Shown here: piece by piece, positions 52,239-61,205 of the stretch | How positions within the stretch are numbered: the first letter of the stretch is position 1 | Layout: each line of letters starts with the position of its first letter | From: Verrucomicrobiota bacterium | GTDB lineage: Bacteria; Verrucomicrobiota; Verrucomicrobiia; Limisphaerales; UBA11358 | Direction of reading: 5' to 3' | Assembly (NCBI GenBank): GCA_050012035.1 | Contig: JBEKHY010000003.1 | Coordinates: 104,622-168,621 of the forward strand | DNA: 64,000 nucleotides | Made by a program: the position numbers and the translations under genes | Notes under the pieces: generated by a model | Seen by the model: the letters and a program-made list of their open reading frames with translations, nothing else | The model's database searches: none | What the model was told of the DNA's origin: nothing

Positions 52239-53429
52239 ATGATCAAGTGGATCAAAATTCGCGACTTCAAAAGCATTCGTGAAATCGAGTTAGAACTTGA
52301 TCCAGTCACGGTGCTTGTTGGTCGCAGCGGAACTGGAAAATCCAATCTCGTCCAAGCAATACGCTTCTTACGCAACTACCTCCTTAACCCAGTTGAGGCA
52401 ATCCAATACGAATTCGGATGGGATCGGATTGTCCCGGTTGGAGAAACGAAACCAAAAACATCGATCGAGGTATGCTTCTCAGTTCCTGGCGAAGAATCCC
52501 GATATACTTACTTCATCGGTTTTGGACCACCTGGCCTAACCCAGTTCCCACATAATGCTATGGGGCTAAAGGAGGAACGATTAAGCCTAAAAAATAATCC
52601 GATTTTCTCGCGGATCAAAAGAGAAAATAATCAATGGGAATGGAAAATAGTCCCGCAGGTGTCGCCTATGCCGCAGCACTATGACACACCGCTGCTAGGT
52701 CTTTTCCCATCGCTTCAGCAGGTGGTATTCGCTAATGCTGCCCTTTCCACTGGGATTGGCTACTATCACTTTCCTTCAACGACATTGACTTCTGTAAACG
52801 CGCCACAGCACGGCCAAGTTTTCTTACAAAAACTCCCCGGTCTTTCGGACAACGCAGCAAACTTTCGTGATGTCATGCGTGGTATCACTCAGGATTTTCA
52901 TCACCCGAACATCCGCAAGAACCTTACGGCCGCCTTGCAGGCTGTCAATCCGTCCATTGAATCTATCGAGCTTGATTCCCTAATGAATCCGTCGCGCACT
53001 ATCGTTGGCCATAAAGCCGCTGGCCATGTGTTTGAACTTTCCCTTGAACAAGAGTCAGACGGTTTGCGTCGCTTCTACGCACACCTGTTAGCCCTTTATC
53101 AGACACCCTCCAAGTTGGCACTTGTGTTTGAGGAGCCGGAGAACGCTATTTTCCCTGGTGCACTGTCCCTGTTGGCGGACGAGTTCAAAGCCGCACCGCG
53201 TGAAAATCGGGGCCAAGTAATTCTCACCAGCCATAGTCCCATGTTCCTCGATTCCTTCGATGTGGATAACGTCAGGGCGGTTGACATGCAGGACGGGAAG
53301 ACTGTTGTTGGTCGTGTTTCAAAAGAACAGCGTCAGGCTGTAAAAGACCAACTTCTTACCACGGGTGACCTGCTTGTTGTGGACAGAGCCAAATTGGACG
53401 AAGTCACGAAGCCGCAGCAGAACACATGA
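52239..53429 (+). CDS. ABC/SMC-type (AAA_21-like) ATPase
   Basis: 396 aa, AT-rich. N-terminus is IKIRDFKSIREIELELDPVTVLVGRSGTGKSNL (Walker A). C-terminus is LALVFEEPENAIFPG (Walker B) plus ILTSHSP (H-loop). Its stop overlaps the next start (ATGA at 53426-53429). Confidence 0.85.
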   Translation: MIKWIKIRDFKSIREIELELDPVTVLVGRSGTGKSNLVQAIRFLRNYLLNPVEAIQYEFGWDRIVPVGETKPKTSIEVCFSVPGEESRYTYFIGFGPPGLTQFPHNAMGLKEERLSLKNNPIFSRIKRENNQWEWKIVPQVSPMPQHYDTPLLGLFPSLQQVVFANAALSTGIGYYHFPSTTLTSVNAPQHGQVFLQKLPGLSDNAANFRDVMRGITQDFHHPNIRKNLTAALQAVNPSIESIELDSLMNPSRTIVGHKAAGHVFELSLEQESDGLRRFYAHLLALYQTPSKLALVFEEPENAIFPGALSLLADEFKAAPRENRGQVILTSHSPMFLDSFDVDNVRAVDMQDGKTVVGRVSKEQRQAVKDQLLTTGDLLVVDRAKLDEVTKPQQNT

Positions 53430-54118
53430 AACGCCTGGTCCTCCTCGGTGAAGGACACGGTGAGGTCCTTGCTCTCCCCATCCTCATCGGAAAGCTCCTC
53501 TTGGAGAAAGATCGCGATCGTACACTCATTGTCGATAAAGACGTCATCCGTTTCGCATCCTCCAGAGTTATGCGACCGGACAGAACAGGACAGCAACCAG
53601 ACTATACCGAATGGGTTAAGGGCGTAACCATCGCCGCACGGCGTTCAAATGCCGGAGCTGTACTCGCAGTTTACGATGGCGACTTGAAGTTCTTTCCCCC
53701 CGGCTCCAACTCGCCGTTCTGTGCTGCCACGGCTGCCAAATCGCTGGCGGTTGCTGCGGCTGGAGCGGGTGCAGGCAGAAACTTTTCCCTGTCGGTAGTA
53801 TTTGCCTGCGTTGAGTATGAAACTTGGCTTGTTGCCGGCGCCGAATCTTTCAGAGGCCGCTTCTTGAGCGATGGACGCCCCGCCCTCTCTCCGACTGCAA
53901 ATTTTCCTCCAGGTGATCCTGAATCTCACGGCAAACGGTGGCTGGAATACAACTGCCCGAATTACCGCCCGAGCCGTGACCAGAGTGCGTTGACAGAATT
54001 GCTAGACCTCCAGTGTGTCCGAAGTAAAAATCTCAGGTCATTTCAACGGTTTGAGCATGCGCTTGACCAGTTGCTTGAAGCCGTAGCCGGCAACTCGCAT
54101 ATTTCAACGCCCTGTTAA
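53426..54118 (+). CDS. TOPRIM-like DUF4276-type protein
   Basis: 230 aa. N-terminal MKRLVLLGEGHGE (conserved Glu of the TOPRIM strand), then a later VYDGD (DxD). Family assignment is from memory of DUF4276 sequence patterns. Confidence 0.65.
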   Translation: MKRLVLLGEGHGEVLALPILIGKLLLEKDRDRTLIVDKDVIRFASSRVMRPDRTGQQPDYTEWVKGVTIAARRSNAGAVLAVYDGDLKFFPPGSNSPFCAATAAKSLAVAAAGAGAGRNFSLSVVFACVEYETWLVAGAESFRGRFLSDGRPALSPTANFPPGDPESHGKRWLEYNCPNYRPSRDQSALTELLDLQCVRSKNLRSFQRFEHALDQLLEAVAGNSHISTPC

Positions 54119-54372
54119 TGCCCGAAATTCGTTTTGACCAAACTTCGCAATCCCTAACGTGCCATCGCGTGAGACACGCGACGCTACAAATTCAACATGG
54201 CCAGTTCGGCTTCGAACAGTTCCTTGGTCTTGGCCTGGATGTCGGCGATCTTTAAACTCATACATTTCTCCGGCTCGCAGGGGACTGTGAGCCCAACCTG
54301 TGTCAGCCTCGTTTGACAGATTCGGAAATGGGTTTACTTGTTACCAATCGCCGGAAACGGCGGGGTTGTAAC

Positions 54373-55428
54373 ATGAGAATTGCAGAAAAAGATTTTGATG
54401 TGTTGCCGGTAACAAATCAGTCGGCGGCGTTGGATGTTGAGTCCACAGTCCACAGTGAGCCGGTGTCGGACGGCTCATTGCTAGACGCATATTCCAATGC
54501 CGTCGTCAACGCGGCGGAAACGGTCAGCCCGTCGGTAATAAAAATTGACGTGCGTAAAAAAGGCAATGGGCGCAATGGCGGGGAGGCTGGCGGCAGCGGG
54601 TCGGGATTCATTATCACGCCGGATGGATTCACCCTCACCAACAGCCACGTGGTCCATGGCGCGGACCGGATTGAAGTGACGCTGGCCGATGGCCGGCACC
54701 CGGAGGCGCGCGTCGTCGGTTCGGACCCGGAAACGGACCTTGCCGTCATCCGGATTTATGCGCCAAATCTCAAGCCGGTGCGCTTGGGCGATTCGAACCA
54801 GTTGCGTGTAGGCCAGCTCGCCATCGCCATCGGCAATCCGTACGGGTTTCAATACACGGTGACGGCGGGTGTGGTCAGCGCACTGGGCCGGTCGTTCCGC
54901 GCCAGTTCGGGCCGGCTCATGGACAACATTATCCAGACGGACGCGGCGTTGAATCCGGGCAATTCCGGCGGGCCGCTGGTCAATTCGCGCGGCGAAGTCA
55001 TCGGCGTGAACACGGCGGTAATTCTGCCGGCGCAGGGGCTCTGCTTTGCCATCGCCATCAACACGGCCAAATACATTGCCGGCTGGCTCATCAAGGACGG
55101 CGTCATCCGGCGCAGTTACATCGGCGTAGGCGGGCAGACGGCGAAAATCCATCGGCGGCTGGTGCGGTATTACAATCTGCCGAACGAAACCGGGATGCTG
55201 GTGATTGGCGTGGAGCCGGGCAGTCCGGCGAGCCGCGCCGGTTTGCGCGATGGCGATATGATTGTGGAATGCGGCGGGCATACGATTGCCGGGATTGATG
55301 ACCTGCACAAATTACTGACGGGAGACCAGGTCGGCGTGCGTTCGGCGATTGTGGTTCTGCGGGGCACGGAGAAGTTGCGCCTGGAAATCGTGCCGGAGGA
55401 ATCCGGCGCGAGGTTGATGTTGAATTGA
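54373..55428 (+). CDS. htrA: HtrA/DegP-family (S1C) serine protease with PDZ domain
   Basis: Has TNSHVV (His), D.AV (Asp) and GNSGGPLVNSRGEVIGVNTAV (Ser). PDZ-like C-terminus: GSPASRAGLRDGDMIV. Confidence 0.9.
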   Translation: MRIAEKDFDVLPVTNQSAALDVESTVHSEPVSDGSLLDAYSNAVVNAAETVSPSVIKIDVRKKGNGRNGGEAGGSGSGFIITPDGFTLTNSHVVHGADRIEVTLADGRHPEARVVGSDPETDLAVIRIYAPNLKPVRLGDSNQLRVGQLAIAIGNPYGFQYTVTAGVVSALGRSFRASSGRLMDNIIQTDAALNPGNSGGPLVNSRGEVIGVNTAVILPAQGLCFAIAINTAKYIAGWLIKDGVIRRSYIGVGGQTAKIHRRLVRYYNLPNETGMLVIGVEPGSPASRAGLRDGDMIVECGGHTIAGIDDLHKLLTGDQVGVRSAIVVLRGTEKLRLEIVPEESGARLMLN

Positions 55429-55461
55429 ACCGCGGAAACTAGATTTTCCTGCGCAATTCTC

Positions 55462-55542
55462 AACGCAGAGGCGCAGAGGGCGCAGAGATTCGCGGAGTCG
55501 AATGTTCTTTGCGGTCCTCAGCGTTCTCCGCGTCTCTGCGTT
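55462..55542. repeat. REP-type hairpin (AACGCAGAG...CTCTGCGTT family) between convergent genes
   Basis: AACGCAGAG (55462-55470) pairs with CTCTGCGTT (55534-55542). CGCGGAG (55491-55497) pairs with CTCCGCG (55526-55532). The left arm carries reiterated GCGCAGAG units. Confidence 0.7.
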
Positions 55543-55560
55543 AAAATTTCCGATTTCCAG

Positions 55561-56091
55561 CTATCCTTTCCGGTCGAAGAACGGATTTTTGCCGGTCACG
55601 CTCAACGGAATTCCCAACGCTTGTTTGACCTTTGGTCCGAACACGCCCAGGTCCAGGCACGCGCGGCCGATGGAATACATGACGCGGTTGTCAATGTGGA
55701 ACCGGCCGGCCACTTCCGCCGCCGAGGCGGTGGCAATGCCGAGGTCAATCGAGTTGAACGCGCAGACGCCGTTTTCGTTTTCCAGCGCTTCGCAGGTCAG
55801 CTTGCCGCAAAATCCGCAGTTCAAACCCGCAGTGTTGGATTCCACACCGATGACGACCAGCGCCGGGGAGTGCTCGATATTGCCGGCATCGCGCGCGAGG
55901 CTAGGCCGGTCTTCCTTGGCGGCAATCTCGCGCATCCTGGCGATGACTTTTTGTTTCGTCGGTTCATCGTCAATCGCAGCGGTTTTGATGTTATCAATGC
56001 CGCGGGTCTTGGGCGCCGTCCGCGCTGCCGCCACCATCAGGGCAGCAACCTGCCGCGCCGCCGATTTTTCCAGTTCAGACGAGGGTTTCAT
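55561..56091 (-). CDS. DUF2148-like ferredoxin-domain protein
   Basis: 176 aa from ATG 56091. Has AARTAPKTRGID...GLNCGFCG...C. Family name is from memory. Confidence 0.6.
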   Translation of the reverse strand: MKPSSELEKSAARQVAALMVAAARTAPKTRGIDNIKTAAIDDEPTKQKVIARMREIAAKEDRPSLARDAGNIEHSPALVVIGVESNTAGLNCGFCGKLTCEALENENGVCAFNSIDLGIATASAAEVAGRFHIDNRVMYSIGRACLDLGVFGPKVKQALGIPLSVTGKNPFFDRKG

Positions 56092-56187
56092 GGCGGAAAA
56101 ATACAACCGCGCCGGTGGAAAATAAATCAAAAGGTTGGCTGGACTAGCCAGCTTGATGGAGAGGTCGTTAGTGCGGAAAATTTGCGG

Positions 56188-58140
56188 CTACGGATCGAGG
56201 TGGTAACGGCGGTCCATGTAAAGCTCGTCGGCCACCTGAAAAATGGCCTCGGCGTCCTTCTCCAATTCCAGATCGTCCGCCGACGGTTGCGGCAGCAGTT
56301 CCAAATTCACAACGTGCGGGTCGCCGGCGTAAAATTCCACGGTCTTCTGCAGGCCGAGCACCACCATCCGGTCGCGCGCGTACAGCCCGATGTCGCGGTT
56401 GTGATTCAGCAGGGCATGAAACGTGTCGGGCGGGTCGTGCAGCAGGTCGCGTCCGAAGAACAGGGATTTATACGGACGGCCCAGCAGGCCGAGCACCGTC
56501 GGCGGCACGTCGAGGGAACAGCCGATCACGTGGATGCGCTCCGGTTGTGGCACCACCGCCGGGCCGAGAATCACCAGCGGAATTTCGTAGGAAAAAATCG
56601 GGATGTCCTGGCTGCCATAGACCCGCGCGCCGTGGTCGGCAATGACGGCGAAAATCGTGTTCGTCCAAAAGGATTCCTTTTGAGCGTCCCGGAAAAACTG
56701 GCCGAGGCACCAATCAGTGTATTTGACGACGTTTTCGCGCGTGCCATTCGGGTCTTCGGGGATGCGGCCCTTCAGATAGGTATAGGGCTTGTGGTTCGAG
56801 ACGGACAAAATCGTGGCGCAGAATGGCTGGTTGGTCCGGCTCAACTCGTGGAATTCGCGGATGGCGCCCGCATAAATGTCCTCGTCGCTCACGCCCCAGA
56901 CGTTGGCGAACACCGGGTTGGGGAAATCCTTTTCATCAATGATGCGATCATAGCCGTTGGCATCGAGAAACGGCTTCATGTTGTCGAAGGTGGCGTGTCC
57001 GCCGTAGATGAACATGGTGCTGTAACCCTCGCGCTTGAGCACACGGGCGATGGTCTCGACGTTTTCGGAGCGGTCGCGATGAACGATGGCATCGCCGGGC
57101 AGCGGCGGGAACGACGACAAGGCGCCTTCCATGCCGCGCACGGTGCGGTTGCCGGAGGCGTAAATGTTGTCGAACAACAATCCTTCCTCTGTGGCGAGCC
57201 GGTCCATTTCCGGCGTCAACGTGTTGGTACGGCCGAGACAACCCCAAAATTCCGAGCCGAGGCTTTCCTCGAGCAGAATGACGACGTTCAGCCGCGGGCG
57301 GTTGGGATCACCGGCGATTTGGCGCATGATATCGTCGGGGCCGCCGGTGAAGGTCGCGTTGGTGGATGACAGCAACCGGTGCAGACGCGCGTAGGCGTCC
57401 TCGCGCGGGATGGTTTTGTAAAAGGCATGGTAATCGAGGTCGCGCGTGTACGCGGCGGCGAAAAATGAGACAGCGCCGTTGTTGGCGATTTCATTGAGCG
57501 TGCGGTCGTCGCTGACTTGCGGCGGGCTCAAATTGATGGTCCGGGTCAGGCCGAAAAACAGAACCAACGCCCCGGCAAACCACAAAAACCGCGTGCCAAC
57601 CCAGACCGGCCTCGTCCACATGGTTTTGCACAAGCGCCCGGCAAGCCACATCCACGCGGCGCCCGCGAGCAGGCAGCCGGCGACGACCGCGGGCACCGGG
57701 TAGGCGTCCCAGATGTTGATGAAAACTTCGCGCGGATAAACGAGGTAGTCCACGGCGACGGGGTTGAAACGCGATTTGAATTCCTGGAAGAAATAGAATT
57801 CCGCCGCCAGCAAAAACACCTGCACGGCCCAGAGCAACGTCATGAAAAACCGGAACGCAATCCGGTGGACGAGCGAGGCGAACAGGCGGTTGCCAACGAT
57901 GAAGCACCAGAACAACGGGGGCAGCATGCACCAGAGGGCGGCGATAACATCGCGGTAAAAACCGGCGGCGAAGGCGAGCAACACGTTCCACGGCGGTGTG
58001 GACGGCGAACCGAAGTTTACCAGCAGCACGAGCCGGAGCAGGGTGAAGGCGACCAGCAGCGAGAAAAAACAGAACGCCAAAAAGTGATAGCGCGAGCGCG
58101 GTTTTCTCTGGAAGCGCGATACGGGGCGTTTGTTCATCAA
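56188..58140 (-). CDS. LTA synthase / phosphoglycerol-transferase-like membrane sulfatase-family enzyme
   Basis: 650 aa. N-terminal multi-TM region followed by a sulfatase-type domain (NVVILLEESLGSEFWG, GNRTVRGMEG, HGA). Confidence 0.85.
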   Translation of the reverse strand: MMNKRPVSRFQRKPRSRYHFLAFCFFSLLVAFTLLRLVLLVNFGSPSTPPWNVLLAFAAGFYRDVIAALWCMLPPLFWCFIVGNRLFASLVHRIAFRFFMTLLWAVQVFLLAAEFYFFQEFKSRFNPVAVDYLVYPREVFINIWDAYPVPAVVAGCLLAGAAWMWLAGRLCKTMWTRPVWVGTRFLWFAGALVLFFGLTRTINLSPPQVSDDRTLNEIANNGAVSFFAAAYTRDLDYHAFYKTIPREDAYARLHRLLSSTNATFTGGPDDIMRQIAGDPNRPRLNVVILLEESLGSEFWGCLGRTNTLTPEMDRLATEEGLLFDNIYASGNRTVRGMEGALSSFPPLPGDAIVHRDRSENVETIARVLKREGYSTMFIYGGHATFDNMKPFLDANGYDRIIDEKDFPNPVFANVWGVSDEDIYAGAIREFHELSRTNQPFCATILSVSNHKPYTYLKGRIPEDPNGTRENVVKYTDWCLGQFFRDAQKESFWTNTIFAVIADHGARVYGSQDIPIFSYEIPLVILGPAVVPQPERIHVIGCSLDVPPTVLGLLGRPYKSLFFGRDLLHDPPDTFHALLNHNRDIGLYARDRMVVLGLQKTVEFYAGDPHVVNLELLPQPSADDLELEKDAEAIFQVADELYMDRRYHLDP

Positions 58141-58286
58141 TTTGGAATTCTGACAGGCGGAGCTTAGAGGCGTTCAGCCTTTTGGCCAAGCCGGTTTTGT
58201 TCGACCCGCCGGGCGAAGTCATTGGTGGGTCGGCAAAAAAACGGTCGGATCGGGGCGCAGCAGATAAATGAAGGTTGGCATTTAAC

Positions 58287-58361
<75 letters not shown>

Positions 58362-58527
58362 ACTCAACGGCAAATTTACCTCAATTTGAATTTACCCCGA
58401 CCAACCCCGAAAACTTTCAGGACTGCTCTACCCCCGAATTGCTCCGAAAACCAAAAGCGTAACATATTTCACGAACAATCCCGGCGCTGTCAAATCTGAA
58501 CAGCAAAGGATAATATATCATTTCATT

Positions 58528-58579
58528 GGAGGGACGCCGCGTTGCAGCGTCCGGACAGCGCGGCGCGCTGTTCCCCACC
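58528..58579 (+). repeat. GGAGGGAC-type nested REP element
   Basis: GGAGGGACGC-cgcgttgca-GCGTCC and GGACAGCGCG-gc-GCGCTGTTCC, then CCACC. Same architecture as 11484-11539. Confidence 0.7.
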
Positions 58580-58665
58580 TTAAAACTGATACGCCGCCGC
58601 CCCACATATTCGCCGCTTGACCTTTGCCGGCTTAAGCGGTTAACTGTGCGGCGTTAGGCAAATTC

Positions 58666-59694
58666 ATGTTTGCGCAACTAAAGAGCCTGTTTTCTAACGA
58701 TATTGGGATTGACCTGGGCACGGCCAACTCTCTCGTCTATGTGCGAGACCGTGGCATCGTGCTCCGCGAACCCTCCGTCGTGGCAATTCAGGCCGGCACA
58801 ACCAACGTGCTGGCAGTCGGTGAAGAAGCCAAACGCATGCTCGGCCGCACGCCCGGCAACATCGTGGCCATCCGCCCGATGAAAGATGGCGTGATTGCCG
58901 ACTTCGAAATCACCGAGGCCATGCTCCGCCACTTCATCCAAAAAGTTCAACATCGAAAATTGATTGCGCCACGCGTCGTGGTCGCAATCCCTTCGGGCAT
59001 CACGGAAGTGGAAAAGCGCGCGGTCAAAGATTCCGCAATACACGCCGGAGCGCGGGACGTGATTCTGATTGACCAACCAATGGCCTCGGCCATTGGCGTC
59101 GGCCTGCCGGTGCACGAACCGGCCGGCAACATGATCGTGGACATCGGCGGCGGGACGTGCGAAATCGCCATCATTTCCCTCGCCGGTATCGTCTTCAGCC
59201 GCAGCCTGCGGGTGGGCGGGGACGAATTTGACGAAACGATCACCGCACACATGAAACGCGCCTACAACTTAATGATAGGTGAACGCACTGCGGAAGAAAT
59301 CAAGATACGTATCGGCTCCGCGTTCCCCCTGGAGCAGGAATTAACCATGGATGTCAAGGGCCGCGACTTGGGTTCCGGCCTGCCGAAAACACTGACCATC
59401 CGCTCCGAGGAAATTCGCGAAGCCCTGCAGGAACCGCTTTCGAGCATTTTGGAGTCAGTCCGCCTCACATTGGAACGTTGTCCGCCCGAACTGGCCGCCG
59501 ACCTGGTGGATCGCGGCATCGTCATGGCCGGCGGCGGCTCGCTGTTGCGCGGCATAGACCGGCTCGTGGCCGAGGAAACCGGCCTGCCGGTCCACGTGGC
59601 GGACGACCCCATGAGCGCCGTGGCCGAAGGCACCGGCCGTGTCCTGCAGGAAATTGAGTTTGTCCGGCGTATCGCGACCAACGTGAAATACTGA
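58666..59694 (+). CDS. mreB: Rod shape-determining protein MreB
   Basis: Has DIGIDLGTANSLVYV, AIPSGITEVEKRAV, DIGGGTCEIA. Confidence 0.97.
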   Translation: MFAQLKSLFSNDIGIDLGTANSLVYVRDRGIVLREPSVVAIQAGTTNVLAVGEEAKRMLGRTPGNIVAIRPMKDGVIADFEITEAMLRHFIQKVQHRKLIAPRVVVAIPSGITEVEKRAVKDSAIHAGARDVILIDQPMASAIGVGLPVHEPAGNMIVDIGGGTCEIAIISLAGIVFSRSLRVGGDEFDETITAHMKRAYNLMIGERTAEEIKIRIGSAFPLEQELTMDVKGRDLGSGLPKTLTIRSEEIREALQEPLSSILESVRLTLERCPPELAADLVDRGIVMAGGGSLLRGIDRLVAEETGLPVHVADDPMSAVAEGTGRVLQEIEFVRRIATNVKY

Positions 59695-59739
59695 TTTCCC
59701 GCCCCCGTTCACCTGCACCCGAAGAATTTCGGGGCAGGC

Positions 59740-60546
59740 ATGTTTAACCGAAAACATTACATAGCGCTCGGCGCGGTGACGCTGGCAACACTGTTGTTGC
59801 TCAGCCTGCCGCCGCGCGCCACTTCCCGTTTGAAACTCGCCGTCGGAAGCTGGTTTTTGCCGCTGTTCGGACTGGCCGGCGCCGCACAGCAACTGCCGGT
59901 CACCGCCGCCAACGCAATCCTGCCCCGACGCGAATTGCTCCGACAACTCGAAACGCTTCGCCGTGAAAACGACCGGCTTCGCGCTCAAGCCTCGCAAGCC
60001 GTCGCCACTGCCCGGGAAAATGACCAACTCCACGCGCTATTCGGCTGGCAACGGCAGGCACCATGGAAACTCAAGCCCGCCAACGTCGTCATGCGCGACC
60101 CGGCCAACTGGTGGCGGACCGTGCAAATTGACCTCGGCAGCCGCGATGGCTTGACCGACAACCTGCCAGTTTTGTCTCCGGACGGTTTTCTGGCCGGGCG
60201 TGTTGTGTCCGTCAGCCGCACACACGCGCAGGTGGTTTTGATCGGCGACCCGAGCTGCAAAGTGTCTGCGCTCGTCGAAAATCTGGCGCACGACATGGGC
60301 GTCATCAGCCCGGGCGGTCCGCTCGACAATTCATTCGTCGAACTCAGTTATCTTTCCGGCAGCGCGAACTTGCAGCCCGGCCAGAACGTCGTCACCAGCG
60401 GCCTCGGCGGCGTTTTCCCAAAGGGCATTCCCATCGGCCAAATTGTGGACGCACGTCCGGTCGAATTCGGCCTCTACAGCGAGGCGCGGGTGAAACTCCT
60501 GGTCAACCTCGGTTCGCTGGAACAAGTCTGGGTTTTGTTTCCATGA
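59740..60546 (+). CDS. mreC: Rod shape-determining protein MreC
   Basis: N-terminal TM, a coiled-coil region (LRRENDRLRAQ), and a C-terminal beta domain (VVTSGLGGVFPKGIPIG). Lies after mreB. Confidence 0.9.
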   Translation: MFNRKHYIALGAVTLATLLLLSLPPRATSRLKLAVGSWFLPLFGLAGAAQQLPVTAANAILPRRELLRQLETLRRENDRLRAQASQAVATARENDQLHALFGWQRQAPWKLKPANVVMRDPANWWRTVQIDLGSRDGLTDNLPVLSPDGFLAGRVVSVSRTHAQVVLIGDPSCKVSALVENLAHDMGVISPGGPLDNSFVELSYLSGSANLQPGQNVVTSGLGGVFPKGIPIGQIVDARPVEFGLYSEARVKLLVNLGSLEQVWVLFP

Positions 60547-60553
60547 CCGAACG

Positions 60554-61108
60554 ATGAACCTCCTGCAAACCATCCTGATTCTGGCCGCCGCTTTCCTCGC
60601 GGTGTCCGGCGAAGCGACGCTGGCCGGCCTCCGTCCCTGGCTCGGCGCGCAGGTGGACTTGTTGCCGGTGCTGATGGTGTATGCGGCGTTGAACGCGGAC
60701 CTCGTGACTGTATCGCTGTTCGCCGTTTCCGGCGGCCTGTGGTTCGACGCGTTGTCCGCCAATCCCCTGGGCACAAGCATCCTGCCGTTGGCCGCCGTTG
60801 GTTTTGTGATTTGGCGGCAACGCGAATTGATTCTACGCGAATCGCCGTTCGCGCAATTGGTCCTCGGCGCCATCGCCAGCGCGGTTGTGCCCGGCCTGTC
60901 CGTATTGGTGCTGTTGACCATCAGCCAGCAACCGCTGCTCGGCTGGGGTTCGATCTGGCAATGGCTGGTGATGACCGCCGGCGGCGCGGTAGCGACGCCG
61001 GTCATCTTTGTGTTGTTTGACTGGTGCAACCACGCGCTCGGTTATCAGCCGCGCACGGAAACCAGTTTCCGTCCCGACCGCGAAATCCGGCGGGACAAAA
61101 TAATATGA
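60554..61108 (+). CDS. mreD: Rod shape-determining protein MreD
   Basis: 184-aa polytopic hydrophobic protein between mreC and mrdA. Confidence 0.8.
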   Translation: MNLLQTILILAAAFLAVSGEATLAGLRPWLGAQVDLLPVLMVYAALNADLVTVSLFAVSGGLWFDALSANPLGTSILPLAAVGFVIWRQRELILRESPFAQLVLGAIASAVVPGLSVLVLLTISQQPLLGWGSIWQWLVMTAGGAVATPVIFVLFDWCNHALGYQPRTETSFRPDREIRRDKII

Positions 61109-61203
61109 GTCTACAGTTTCCAGTCCAAAGTCCGCGGTCGGAACGCCGCTGCGCCGGCGACGACATTGCTGTGGACTGTGGACTGTCGACTGTCGACTGT
61201 GTG
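61108..61203 (+). repeat. Heptad-periodic palindromic element (AGTCC / GGACTGT arms) abutting the mrdA start codon
   Basis: The right arm (GACTGTG GACTGTG GACTGTC GACTGTC GACTGTG, 61173-61203) is five tandem heptamers and ends 2 nt before ATG 61206. The left arm (61108-61140) has CAGT/AGTC at 7-nt spacing. Confidence 0.7.
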
Positions 61204-61205
61204 CC

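Noticed and set aside
54187-54264. 25-aa minus-strand ORF (MSLKIADIQAKTKELFEAELAMLNL) just downstream of the ATPase/DUF4276 pair.
   Set aside because: Too short and motif-free. It may be the decapitated 5' end of a lost gene marking the island border, but that is speculation.
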